NCBI RefSeq assembly: GCF_964204645.1
Contig: NC_134025.1
Coordinates: 3,596,001 to 3,660,000, forward strand
Length of the DNA stretch: 64,000 bases
Direction of reading: 5' to 3'
DNA from: Tubulanus polymorphus
Taxonomy: Eukaryota; Animalia; Nemertea
The notes under the pieces are model-generated. The model was not told the origin of the DNA. It was given only the letters and a program-made list of their open reading frames with translations, and made no database searches. Both the position numbers and the translations under genes were made by a program. Below, one piece after another: positions 39,526 to 53,658 of this stretch (its first letter is position 1; each line of letters opens with the position of its first letter).

Positions 39526-41145
39526 TTATTTTCCATCATCATTCGACGCTTCTTCGCTTTTATCACTTTTTTCATGCTCAGCCGCGTCAAAATCTGCCAT
39601 CGGTCCATTATATTTGGTGAGGTCTGCCGCAATCATTTCGTCTTGTTTTGCTGATTCGTTGGTTTTCTTCGAATCCGATGGCTTGCTCGGTTCCACTTTT
39701 TTCGTCACCATGTACCGATTAACCGGATTATTGTAGAGAGTAAGATCAGCCGCAATTAGAAACTCCTCGTCCAGATCCTTATGATTATGTTCCGCTTCTA
39801 CTACTCCGCCATCAATTCCAGATTTGATCGTATCATTTGTCATATCTGTAAAGACAAAAGTATACATGTATAATCTTCCTTTACTCAACACGTTGATCCG
39901 AACTACCGTTAACTTGGGAGAGCGTTGTATTGTGGAAATTATGCAAGGGATTTGATCGATGATATCAATAAATCTTGTTAATGGCGGGCATGTCTCATTC
40001 ATTCTGTTGGTCATTAAGTGAAACTGGTTCCATATATCGCCAGCATGCATATCGATATTTCACTATCATTTCATTGATTTTGGTTATATGCGCGGATCTA
40101 TATTACCTTCGTTAATTAGAAAGCACAAAAGGCCCGAAAACCTACATTAGCAGCAGAAAGTCACCATCGATACGTGCAGCATTTCTGATATAGGTGAAAA
40201 ATCACGAAAGTAATGATTTTAAAAGTATATTGTGTGAAATATAATATCGTTAGATAATTTCTACAAATCATTGGAGTCTACGATATCCGTTCAAAAAGAA
40301 TTACAAACGTGTTCAAGGGCAAAGTATCTACTACGTAGCATCTAGAAGGTTGTGAAAAAAAGAAATAAAATTCATTTTATGCAGGCCAAACAAAGCCACG
40401 AAGGAAACCACTCCTCGGAAACCTCGAAAACATTCTTTCGTGGTGAGATGCACTATCAATTTCAGAATTAAGCGAAACGAAATAAAAAAAAACGCTTCGT
40501 CTATTATACTTTCAATGTTAAATGCTTTGTCATGTAACTTGTAGGTATGAATGGGGTATGAATGTGCGTGAATGCGAGAGTGTGGGCGACTGGGCTCTTC
40601 AGGTAATAAGTTTATTTTAACTTCACCAGTCGTCCAGCGTCTTACATTACATTATTTTGTATCTATTCCTGCTACTTCATATTGTAATTTAAATCGCGAA
40701 TAAAACATATATAAATCTATTAATCAATCGTAATTTTGTTTTTGGGACGATTCCGGAAACGAAATTCGGCACCCGTTCTAATGATGTACAATTTATGTAT
40801 TAAATCACGTTTCTGTTTGCAGTTTCCAGTATGGCTGGTTCGTCATGTATACACACATTTACTTTTTTCGTAAACTCTATTGTGCGTTCAAGTATCATCA
40901 ATCTACTTCATCTTAACCAATTTACTAAATCGTTTGCAATGATCTCTCACAGCAACTATTTTGGTAATCGCAGAAGACCCATTTTTCAAATTGTGAGATG
41001 TATTTTCTATCATCTAAATTAGATTTAAGCATATCATATAAACGCCATTAAAGCAAACAAAAAATGTCTAGCACATTAATTGAGAAGAATGTATAAAAAA
41101 AAAGAAAAACGTTTTGGAATTCTTACCGGTCGGATTCGTAGCCAT
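39526..41145 (-). CDS. Small acidic hydrophilic orphan protein (112 aa, 2 exons) with a duplicated IAADLTxYNxP motif
   Basis: Exon 41145-41127 (caaaATG, MATNPT, donor gtaag) joins in phase to exon 39845-39526 (acceptor tctttacag). TATAAAA at about 41255. Confidence 0.65.
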
Positions 41146-42128
41146 TTTGTCGATATTCCCTCTGCTAATAGATATGACGGAAAATGATTATGAGTAAGTT
41201 GTTGATCCTCACACCGTTATCGACTGAAGATATTAAGCGCCTGTCCGATTTTATACATAAGACGCCGAAGATGTATTCATGCGCTTTTATGTTGCCGTGA
41301 CGGGTAGCGCGCTGCGTTTCATCTAACGGTGCAATTTTCGATTCCGTTCGGTCTTATCGTAATTTCTATCGCTAAGCAACGCGAGAAAACACCTCACATG
41401 GTACCGACAAGGATGATTTTTTTCAGACCAGAAGCCCTGTAATTAGCTGTTAGCTGCCGATATTTTTGTGTGAAGTTCATCATCGAAATCAATCGCCTCA
41501 ATGATGTCAAATTGTGTATTACGTGTAATGTTTTCTACATCGACGAAGGAAAAATCATACGAATGTTGTGAATCAATAGTGATGATTTATATCTGGATCA
41601 ATCCGCCCTATATGCATCTATCATTAATGTATATAGCGGAGTCAGATCATGAAAATGAGAAATTCAAAACCTCGCGTCAAAATCCATACGTAATGAAACA
41701 AAAATATGAGAAACTCAAAATCCATACAGGGCCTGCACGCAGTGAAATTTTCTTCGAAAGCAAACAATATACGCTAATAGTATGAAATCTTCAATTGAAA
41801 ATCGCATTAATGGATAGTATATATAGATCTGATAATCATAGACTGAAACCTATTACAGACCAGTGCTCGTGCATATCTAATAGCACTTAGTGTATAATCG
41901 TTTTACAATAACTTTCAATTGCTAGTCATACCGCGCTGGTTTGACGCCCTCGTGTTCAATTAGCGCATGTTCACATGGTCATCGACTTGTTGGTTTTAGA
42001 CTGTAGTGCTTAAACAAGTTCGTTCGGACGGTTTAAAACAAACACAGTCTAGGATTTATAACCAGCAGTAGATACCGTAGACACCACAATTTCGTCTCGT
42101 CGGGTTTATCAGCACTTGTCAGGAGAAA

Positions 42129-43928
42129 ATGTTCGTTAGGGTATTGCACGGTGGTAAATATCAGGATTAATCATCGTTCTTAATATCATATCGAATTTTG
42201 AGAATATTTAATGAATTATAAGATCCGACAATACAAAAGAAAAACGAGTCCGATATGTTTCCTATTCTTTCTTGTGCCTTCCTGAAGTTGACTATGGGAT
42301 ATAGTCGAAACGTCGAATAAAACATTAGCTCAAGGAAACTTTTTGGACTCTTTTCATTTGTATCGTGGGTTTTTCTTATCTTATCGTCACAACGACGCAT
42401 TAGTTTCATTAACGCTATAATTTGTAACTGCTTCTGCACATTTACATACGGAAGCTAACTACATATCATATTGGAATTAGATAACTGCTATTCTCCGTGT
42501 TTTGTTTGGTTATAGTGGACTTTTTAGTTAATCTATCCACCCAATAAACTTATGTTTATGACTTTGAAAATCTGTATATGGATTACATATTTTTCTATGT
42601 GTGTAATTTGATTTCGGGTTTGTCGTACGTATGATAAATGAGGCCATAATGACTTCTAAAAACTGGTATGATGGCCGGTCGTCTATGCATTTAGGCAAAT
42701 TGTACTCGCCGCAAAAAATCGTTGATTAATCTATCAATATGTCAATTGAATGTCGCGGAAAAAGACTAATGATCGTCGTTTTGATAAAATTGTTTTAATG
42801 TGACTTTTATTCTAGATAGTGACGAAACTCTGTTTAACACGAACTGTAGAGCCATCGCGTTACTTCTGGACATCAAAAAGAAATGTTGTACAGACAACTG
42901 TAAGATTTAAAACTTCTTGTAGAAATTTGTAGACATAAGTAGAAATAAGTCTCTGATCAATTCTTACGAAAATTCAGACAAAATTCCCATTGATATAGAT
43001 CTACTCACTCAGAATATACTATAATCTTACGGAATGAATGAAATTCTTATGGATATTTACGTACATTTATATTCGAGGACAAATCTGTATTCCATTAGAA
43101 CTCCTGATCGTGTTTACTTTTCTCATTCGTAATAAGACATTAATGTAAACTGTAAGTGCGCTATCAAAGCTTTTAATTTTAAGATCTCAATTAATGGCTA
43201 AAACGATTAGAGAAATCAGCAGTATAGTCGAGTTTCATATTACGAGTAGCGTTAAAAGTTCGTGTTCGCGAGTTATTCTATAATTTATAGAACTAATGAA
43301 AAGCTCCTTCGCAACTTATCAGTCTAATGAACTTTTACCGATATACATATCCCATTCTAGTTGAAGTAGATTTGTCAGATGTCGACGGCAATGTGAAACA
43401 TTTACTGGAAGCTCCGCATACATACGCCAATGAAGTACTTAAAGAAAGAGAAACTCTTATCCTGTTAAAGGCAGAACGTTAGTAACACTTGATGTAACAT
43501 GATAATCATACACAAGTATTCTGAACCGTTTTAAACCAATAATTTCGTTCAATCTTCAGGTGCTATGAGATTTCATGGGGTTTTATAAAGCTATTTCTTT
43601 TTGCAGGAAATGATACCGGCATCTATCATTACAGCCCATTATTAAACAGTGGCGACATGCTTACAAATACTTTTCTCGGTAAAGATTCACGAGGTCGCCA
43701 ACCGTAAACTCATAACAATTTTATAGCTTGATGATACCTGTCTATTTTCTTCTTGCAGAACGAATTTCAAGCAAAGATCGGAAGGAATTCAAACCGAAAA
43801 TACATCACAACAAACATTTGACGAAGAAGAACCGGACAGAATCAAAAACAAAAGTTGATCGTAATGGTTCACCGCGAAATGTTCGCTCACCCGATAAGAA
43901 ACGAGGTTTATCATTTCATAACCGCTAA
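42129..43928 (+). CDS. CXorf65/C22orf15-like uncharacterised protein, 155 aa, 5 exons
   Basis: Exons 42129-42153, 42816-42899, 43361-43477, 43607-43678 and 43759-43928 sum to 468 nt in frame. MFVRVLHGDSDETLFNTNC...EVDLSDVDGNVKHLL...YANEVLKERETLILLK...YSPLL parallels the CXorf65/C22orf15 pattern, followed by a basic tail. Confidence 0.8.
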
Positions 43929-44006
43929 ACAATCACAAGACACAAATAATAATTATCTATTATATTATACGTTGATTGCTCTTTCTATGTTTCATCATCT
44001 CGTCAT

Positions 44007-44349
44007 TCACGTTTCTACATTGGCGACATCTTCTGGATAGTATGGATTATCTCGCTGATTGTAGTTATTGCGGCCGCAGTAGCACTCGTCAAATCCAACC
44101 AATTTCTTCTCTGAAAACCTAAATATAGTATATAAGTATTGAATACAACAGCAACAAAGAGGATTAGTTTCGTAGACTGCCCTAATCATTGCTATTGCGC
44201 ATTTTTAGAATGTTTCACTCGAGAGATCCAATACCTCGAAAGCTAATTCGAACATGTTTTCGTGCAATCGTCAGTACTTCATCCACTCGACTGGGTTCCA
44301 CTTGAAACGTTCGAATAGTTTCATTATGTGTACCAACTACGAATTTCAT
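44007..44349 (-). CDS. Candidate small protein or 3' end of an unknown gene
   Basis: Segments 44349-44235 and 44110-44007 are joined in phase by a 124-nt GT-AG intron, giving 72 aa (MKFVVGTHNET...FDECYCGRNNYNQRDNPYYPEDVANVET). No family recognised. Confidence 0.35.
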
Positions 44350-47300
44350 TTGTGTTCATTTGCAGATAAAACAACATCGATGACTGTCCGGTCGATGACG
44401 TATTTGATAAATGGGCAGATGAGTGACTAAACTAGCCGTACATAGCGCCTAGATATTGCAGTTTATTATTTCTACAGGCGGTATATATCTTTCATGAAAC
44501 TACAGACAATCAGATTTTCTGACATAGCTATTCCATTAATATCTCCCAAGTGTATTTCGCCAATTACTAAGTGGCTGACACCACCGGCATTTATGGGACA
44601 GAAACGTTCCCCCGACGCGATGAAAACAAATCAGATCGACCAGAAAATTTTGCAATTTAAATCGCAGTTTTCACTCTGGTGCAATCATGGGCTTAGATTC
44701 GGTTATATTAGCCAACGAAGATTGACATTGTTTGGATTTAGTCGGCTAGATCATAAAATCCACTAGGAATTTCCATGAGATAGTGCAATAGATTTCCCCA
44801 ATTATCCATGTTTGCTGAGGTTGTATGATCAATGCAGCCTACAAGTCGTGCTTACTCCTTGATCCGAACGACATCAAATGTCTTAGTACTTATTAATTCA
44901 CGAGAAAAACAAGAGATATCCTACTTAACGATCTACTGGCTCGTTTTCATTGTTCTCTTTGTTTTCTGAGAACGGTCACCTAGGAATGCTCGTCTTTTCT
45001 TTGACATCAACTAAAGTTTCGCACGTGACATCCACGTACTGCAACATTTCCATTTGTCGATTATACATATTACATGTTTAAAAGATTGAAAAAATGCGAA
45101 AGCTGCTTGCAAATAATCGACGGATTATGAAAGATCATAAAAGGATTAGAATCATTTTAAAAGGTGAAATTATAAAAGGGGCGTTCAGTTTAGAATATCA
45201 TTATTTGACATTTTCATCGTCTTACAGAATCATTGCCCTAGTCCTATTAGCCCACTTGAAAATATTTCAGCATTCACGACGCTTGGAGAATATTCACGGA
45301 TTGATTTTCATTTTAATCAGCAACAAACAAACAATTTGGATAAAACTTGATACTCGCCGTGGTGCGTGAAACTATGAGAAATGGTAACGGTTAAGATAAA
45401 TTTTGGCGGTTTGATTTAGATATATTAATATACGACCACGAGTGCAATTGAGCGTATAATGAATTCAGCGGTAAATAATCATTACGATCGTCCGTGTATG
45501 TGAAGGATACGAGTTGATGTCAGCGGATTTTTGCGCTGAGAGATCCGATTGGTTGATTCTGTATCCGGTATGTTTGCGCGCGCGTTTGTATGGCGGAAAC
45601 GCGAAAAACAGACGAACTAAATTGCCGTTCGTCTCTCGACTCAACTCAGTGTATCTTTCGAACGTAATCCAACTTGTAAACACGAACGTAGAACCGGTAA
45701 AGAAGTACGAAACTAAATTTAACCACTGATTAGATTCAGATGACATGATTTCAATGAAGATAACTTCATGTTTTTAAACTGGTGACTGAATACGCCGCTT
45801 TTTGGTACGTAATTTCCGAGTGCTGACATTTTTGTGTGTGGAAATTTACCCGCGAAACGAGATCATTTGAAGAAAAAAATCATCGTAATATTCAAACAGA
45901 AAAAAGGAACCTTATACTAAGGTAAGCTTGTTGTGTCTATCTACAAGTAAACGGATTTGTGAAATTTACAAAAATTGAAAATATTATCGATACGGACATA
46001 TAAAATAAAATGATCGCTTCCAGAAATCGGTTCAGAAAGTTTTTAGAATATGTAAATTAGATGTCAGATTCATGTCATCGGTTCATTAAACACGATCCAA
46101 CGTTCTGTTATTTCAAATTCATGAATAGATTAAAACGAATGATTTACACTGATTTGCACTAGAATGAATTCAGTAAGATAAAATATCGTAGTTCAATTTA
46201 TGTACATACTGCTTTTCAGTATTTCCAAACTGTAGCAATTTATTTCTGCTGTAAAATGAAACCTTTGGTGGGGCTATTATTCAGTATAAACAAGGATATT
46301 ACGCGAATTGATCAAAACAAACAGTGAAACCTAAGCTGCATGTATTCGTCACTGTTCACGAGTTTATCATTAGCTGTCATGTGCACTCTCGGTTTTATAA
46401 TGTTTCACCCCTCATTTATGAATTTGAGCATCTCAAATTTCAATCTATTTCTAAATATAGAAGCGAGTCTTTAAACTAAATTCACCCTTATGGACTGATT
46501 CATCGGATTCGTGTTTAAAGTCTAAATCATCATGGGAAAAAGCTCTATATAACTTTTATTTTAAGTTTCGTACTTGAATCGCTACCAGGTAAATTAAGGC
46601 AGTATCATGCTCGTGTACTACAGACACTAGTGGAAACAATATGAGGATGTCGTTTTCCTGTTGCTTGGCGAAATGATAATTCAAGCGAGCGATCGAACCT
46701 ACCCTTAGGTTAAGTGAATATATACTCATCGCTTATTACTTCGGGAGTTTCGCACCTCCCATCTCATATTTCTTTTCAAAAAATCTTACATTTCATGTGG
46801 TATGATATACTTTGCTCATTATAGGAAACTGCTAGAATGGCCTCATAGACGATTGCAGGATAGGCTTTTGTTTGTATATACGTACATTTGCTATCTCGAT
46901 AAATAAAGTGGAAATGTTCAAAAGAAAATAATGACAGAAAGCTAGAATTCTTTAAACGCTGTTGCACATATAGGCTCATCGGAAAAATAATTAACGTGTA
47001 AGCGAGTAAAATGCTGTGAAGGAAAAAGAAATAATCAATCTCCAAATCACGCGGAAATAGGAAACTTGTTTCACAAGTTTAAAAGCTTTTGGACGTTTCA
47101 CCTGGAAATGGCATAAACATCAGTGACATTGAACACAGAACTGTCTAAATGCCAGTTGAACCGTGAACTTTCTTCTAAAAAATAGCGAAAAACAGCAAAT
47201 CAATTTCAATGTTTTCTGCGTGTTTTTACGCATTTGCAGAATAAAAACCATTTCTTTGTAAGTAGATTGATAACAGTATAGGTTTGTGTCCAGTATTTAT

Positions 47301-50300
47301 CATACAGGATCGTTTCGATAAGTTATGATATATTGTTAAGCAGTTGCTATTACTTCAATAACGCGTTGGTCATTAATGTTTTCACATGTTCTTCATCAAC
47401 CGTCATTAGTAATAACGACCCTATATCACAATACTGGGAAGGTGGCAAGGTCTCTAACACGTTTTCGACGTCCAAGTATTAGACGCGGTGTGATGTGGGT
47501 TAATGAGGAACACAACAACGACTTCCTTAATTTGTCTGAAACATTAAAGGCGATTGGGTATTGCCCTTTGGACAGGTCATTGTAGATACGTTTTGGTGGG
47601 AAATATTCCAAATAAAGAGCTAATATATCTTATTTCATTTCACATCTGATGAGTTAGAGTAGGGGTGTGTACTATTTGGAAATGTTCCATGACTCTTAGA
47701 TGCCATAGTGATATTGCGCGAATGACCCGTCCATTCGATGACAAGGGTGCTAAACTTTATGTTATCATTGTCGCTTCCGTTCTACCGAGAATCGAGGAGA
47801 AACTGAATATTTAGACAGATTTGATATTCTGATTGGAGATGCGCGTAATCTCATAACGGAATATAGAACTCTACGCTGATCAATTATGCGTCTTCTCGGG
47901 TCGAGAATCCGTTTAACCTCGTCAGTGAGTTCCGCTGAATCATATCTTCCAGGCATGAGCCTCGACTCTGTAAAAGGGTTACGAAAATGTCAGATATGAT
48001 AAAGACTATGTGCCGCATTTATTGGAAAAAAATTCAAACTTCTGTATTCGTGATATCTGGTAATTTCGACGATACACGCATGTATGCACATATTTCGGCA
48101 TTCGGAGATTATCTTTATTTTCATTTATCGAGTAATTGAATCAATTTACCGTTCGGCGACCTCTGGTATATGCAAACTTGTATAGCGACTCTTATGGACC
48201 GTGTGGGTGCTCATCTTTTTTATAACCGCTATCGCATCATAATGGTCATCCAGCTAACTACAACACAGTCATCTGTAGCGGATCGCCGGGCTAAATCTTC
48301 TTCCATTGTCAACTGAACAACCGTCGTAATTGGCCAAGTGATGAACTAGAGCACTCAAAACGTGGGAAATAAGCCTCATATAAACCACGCGGTTGGGGGG
48401 AGATAGTAGAAATGCACGAATTATTGCATATCAGTTTTATAACTGTACATACATGATTAACGCCCGGTGGGTCGGTGGTATAATCACGGAATCTGAGTCC
48501 AGTGGTGCTGTGTTACACGGTCAAGCTTATGGAAAGAAAAAAAGACCATATATCTTGAATTCGTATGGTCTATCGATTGCTGCGCGCAAATTTTTTGAAA
48601 TATTTCCATTGATTCCAGTCAATTTTGTTTTCTAATAAATCTTTGTGAAATTTGTTTCTTCGGCATAGATTCAAATCTTCGATAGTCATGTGTGTCTCAG
48701 TAATACTGATTAAACCCATTCGTGTCGAATATACGATTATACGAAATCAGTACATTTGGTATTTGCGATGAGAATTGCGCTACATACGGCGCGCATGACC
48801 TGTATATAACATAAACTTATCAATATATTTGGAAAACTATTGATTAAGCAAAAGCAACATTATGCATAATTAAGTAACCGGCTTCATTCACGACTTCATT
48901 AAATAGCGAAATAATAAAGCATGATTTCCGGCGGGGAAATTTATCCAGTGCCATTGGCGTTTGTAGATTCGATAATCTATCTCAGAATGACGAGCAGTCC
49001 ATCTTAATTATTAAGATAATCGCCCACAACTAGAATTGATTTCTGATCAATTATTTATCATTTACGGGGTATTTACTTACACCTTGAAATAATGAGAATA
49101 GTTATATAAATATATTCGTGTACGGTTCTTATGCTATTCAATTCTAAGTTTGTGTTCGTGTGAATGTCCCATCGGAAAATCATTATAAGTCACACAGAAA
49201 ATTACGCATAAAAGTGAATGAGATTTTTTTTTAGATATACATTTTCGAAAATTTGAATGTCGCAAATTTGTTTTGCACTTAACATCCAATAGCAATTAAC
49301 AGGCTGCTCATAAATGGACAGAACGGTTATGAAGTGGGCAACTAACGGTAATTATCCGGAAAAGAACCCACGTTTTATACAGAAATGTAGTACCGTTTAA
49401 AACAGTTTATTGTTATCAATGCACTTATTATAGAGCGCCGGTCCAGTGAGACGAATATAAGGGTAATTCCCACAAATTGTCTCAAATCGTTCATTCCTCG
49501 TATCGATTCGAGCTTTAAAACGCGACCATGCCAGCAATATACGGCCTCACCCAGAAATAAAACAAAATTTACATGGTTTGCCTTTTATGACGGCAAAGCG
49601 CCCGCCGTGTTGCAAATAATTCGTGTCGAGCTAAGGTGATGTTCACATACAAGCTATGATCGAGAAACTACAAATTGGATTTTCAATAAGAATTTTTTAA
49701 AATCTGATTCAGCCACTCCTGTGACAAGCTCCCGTCTTGAAAATGATCGATGTTCAACTGGGAGCGGGTGTAGTTGTCCTCCCTCTCTCTCTTCATTTTC
49801 TTCTAATTTCAGTTTTACTTCCATTGAAGTCGTTCTTCTAACTTTTAGATATTCAACAAACAATTTTTGAAATATGATGAAATGTGTAATCGCATTGATA
49901 CAGAAAGCATTACTTACGTCGAACGACCTTCCGAAACATGTATCACTCAAGCGCTAAGTTATTGTATCTTTTGATGCTTTTTTTTCATTTGTTTTAAGTG
50001 GATATGTTTGAAACATGTTCGCTTAGTGCACAAATCTTGTTTGCTTAGGACTGGCTTACCAAAGCGCATGATACGACATCATTCGAAATAATCGCGAATA
50101 CCGAATGACAATTGTTAAAACCAGTCGAGTATAGCGTTACACCGTGATCCAGGAAATAATTTGTTGATAAAGATGTCAAGAACAGACCGCGTAGCACGCA
50201 GGAAATTTACTGTAAAGTGTCATTTCATGGCACAAATCGTCAGCATGCATACAAATAGTTCATTTCTTACGAAAACATAAACTAGTTTTAGTTTCTTCAT

Positions 50301-50868
50301 GTGAACCTTATCTATTAAGTTTTTACCTCCCAAGCGGAACAAAGTAATTCTATCTGGATCCGTTGACTCATGGCCCATGCTTAAAACTAGACACTATCAG
50401 CTTTAGTTGTATTCATCAAATGTCATGAAAACTAAGCGATTCACCGTCACAAATAGAGAATTTTATGATGTGTCGTTATCAGTTTGTGTGCGTGAGTCGT
50501 AATTTCACTTCACGCGCATAAACAATTAGTTTCTTTTACAGGCGATTTAATACACTAAAACCTACGTCACGTTATACATATTTCAGTCACGACTATGTGT
50601 GATGTCCAGCAAATGAATCATGATCGAATGACAGCTTTCATCTTTGATAATTACAAGAAGCGATGAAACTAGCCGACAGTAGACATTCAGCGCATGTGAC
50701 CCGTGGGTTAAGAAGCTAGTTCGTCTGATAAATTGTATTTGTTTTCATCGATCGAATGATGTTTGAATCAACATCGAAATAAACGAGATTTCTTAGTAAA
50801 TGGTTCAGCCCCTCAATTATTCTGATAAAAATAGATAACTCAAGAAAAGGGATGAGCAACTGTGCATA

Positions 50869-51283
50869 GCCGCGTTCACACTACCGCACGTTATTTAGAA
50901 CGTTGTGAATTTAGTCCGTTCCGATTGAGAACGGACCAAGCGTTCAGACTAGCGAAAAGTCAGTTCTAAGTTGGTCCGTTTCATTTTAGACCGACGGAGA
51001 TCGATCCAGGTCCGTTCTAAATTTTTGCATTAATTTTGTCCAATTATTTACAACACCAAACGCACCAAATCAATGCTGCGCGTTCTTACTTCATTTTTAA
51101 CGCTGTTACCACCCAAATTACGAACGGACCTGGATCAGACATTTAGGTCCATCTAAATTGGTACTTTCTAAAATCAAAGGGACCAATCAAGAACAATATT
51201 TTCGCTCGCGTGAACGTTTGATCCGTTCTAAATTAGAACGGACTAGATTTTGAACGTTACACGTAACGTAGTTTGAGCGCGGT
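50869..51283. mobile_element. Degenerate non-autonomous DNA transposon (PIF/Harbinger-like MITE) with long imperfect inverted arms
   Basis: Termini gccgcgttcacactac / gtagtttgagcgcggt. Internal mirrored motifs gatccaggtccgttc / gaacggacctggatc and tagtccgttc / gaacggacta. Confidence 0.65.
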
Positions 51284-53566
51284 TTGATATGTATCTATAG
51301 ATGGTAAAAGACATTCAGAATTAAAAACATGTTAATACGAGACTCTTCGCACACTGATACAATCTATAAGAGGTGTTATGGAATAAAACAAAGACAATCG
51401 TGCGAAGAGAATAAATAACATATAAGAAACGCCCAGCGTGGTTTTCTGGTTATGACGTGTCCATTTTCCAGGCAAGCCAAGTGGATTATCAAAGGTTGAC
51501 TCTGATGAAACCGTTATCTCAGACAAATAGGCGATAGTTGAGAATCAAGCATCCGCGGTTTTCCTGTTATCTTTCGAGTGCTCTTTTATGGATCTAGTTC
51601 TGTCAAAGCCTCGTGATTTATACGATACTTGCAACTGAAGAGGAAATACACTTTCACCAAATTAATCGATGTTCCCTCGACTATTTGGGGACCTCGCGGT
51701 TAAAGCCTGAATCGATGTATCTGTTGTGACGTAGCACCATGCGTGGGTTGCAGATGAAAATCTCGATAAATTCACTCACTTCTATTACCTAAATCTATTA
51801 CATCGACTTGCCTAAATCCTTTATGATGAATTCATCAAATTATACAAAAGAAGAAGAAAGATGAAAATGTCAACTTGTTTCGTTATCGTATAATAGAATC
51901 ACGTGAAAAAGAAAGGAAGACCACGCACGCTCTCAAGTCATATTTCATCTTTAAACGAAATGTTATCCTTGACGGTTTACATTTCACGCTAGCTTTTCTG
52001 TCCTTCGGTCACTCCTCTATTACTCAGTGGATTTCAGGTCTTTTAGAACAGGAAAGTAACGTTTGTTCTAGCCAAAGAGTGTCTTAAAATGAACATTTCT
52101 TTTTCGCTTTGTTCATGTGTAAATACTATATTTATCTTTCGCTTTTTCGTCTTCGCGTACCAATTGACAATTGACTTTTGAAATTGGCGTGGATTTGGTG
52201 GTATTAGGACGTTCAATGTCTTAATCAATTTTGTAAACTTCTTCGTCACGAAAAAAAATTGAATTTACTAGATCGATCAAAGAACAAATACAACCCATTG
52301 GACGTTAGCGAATTTTCGATGTAGTAGTCAATCTACAGCGATTTATTGTGATATGCTAAATAGCGAATACAAGAGGTAATCGTTTGCGTGTTGGAAAGGG
52401 ATAATCAGGGCACACTGACCGGATGCTTCTCCGCGCTATACCCGACTAAACTACTAGCTAGAAAAATCCTACGCGCGCTCTAATAACAAGGTTTCGTGAA
52501 ATAATGTGACATTTACTCACGAGAGAGATCGTATGTACACCCGTCAAGGTGATCGCACAGTAACACCATCGGTGTATGAAGTTCACAAAAACGTTGTCAT
52601 TTATAGTTTTCTCTGTTCTTCGGTTACAATTACTATTTTAAGCACGCGTCAACGCAATAACTTTCCAGCCAGATCCTCTGTTCTCATATAACTTGTTTGA
52701 TATACTGATAATCCATAAATGGGTCCAATCTGTTACCATAGCGCACCGCTTGTTACTATTCACTGTGTTGAATATGCAGAAATATGACCGTTCTCTCAAA
52801 AATCGAACCTTTATGACCCGGTATACGATTGCAAGACAAAATTGGGAAAAGCCTCTCCGCGTACAACGAGCTGTTGAGTTCAATTGTTTTGAAAACATCC
52901 GTAATATTGATAGAAGTGTGATCCGTAAGGATTATCTGTGTAAGCTATTTGCCGGAAGACGAAGCTAGATTATAAGCTAATTTAATCCAGCAAATCCCAT
53001 AAAGCTTTTCCTTACACAGATACACGGCGAGTATGAAATATAAATGTATTGTACTTTTCGCCAAAATACAAAAAAATTAAACTCAGTTTCGTGCAGAAAT
53101 ATGTTATACATTGTTCAATCGAAAATCTCTTTTAGATACACACTAAAAATAACTGATTGGCATAATATTTGACAGAGTGTCTTTGAATAACTTCGGCGAC
53201 GGAGTGTACACCGCGGTTAATTGCATTTGACGCCGCACAACAAGGCTTTAATCAAACAGTAATTGGTAAGTTTTCAACGCAGAGCGAGTGTTTCTGTATC
53301 TCACGCGATGTGTCTTACCCTCGTATTGTCGTCGCGTCCTGGCGACAAAGTTTCCCTATCGCGTATTGCATACAAGTCATAATTGTGAAAGAATCCCGTG
53401 CGTTTAAGATTACTACCGTGTCAATAATAGAATCGAAATCAAATTACTGTGCCATTATACTGTGATAACCGGCGGATGAGTTTCGAAAAAGTTTTTTGCC
53501 ATCGTTTGATACATTATTACATACATAACATTATGTGTATACTTTTCAAATAAGTTTGACACACGG

Positions 53567-53658
53567 GGACCCGTTTTACGTTGAGACCCGTTTTACATTG
53601 AGAATTGAGACCCGTTCTACATTGAGACCCGTTCTACATCGAGACCCGTTTTACATTG
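53567..53658 (+). repeat. 17-bp minisatellite, about 5 copies
   Basis: The unit gagacccgtt(t/c)tacatt repeats directly, with one short insertion. Confidence 0.85.

Noticed and set aside
53567-53658. Regular repeats resembling a CRISPR array
   Set aside because: The units are directly adjacent with no unique spacers, there are no cas genes, and the context is eukaryotic.
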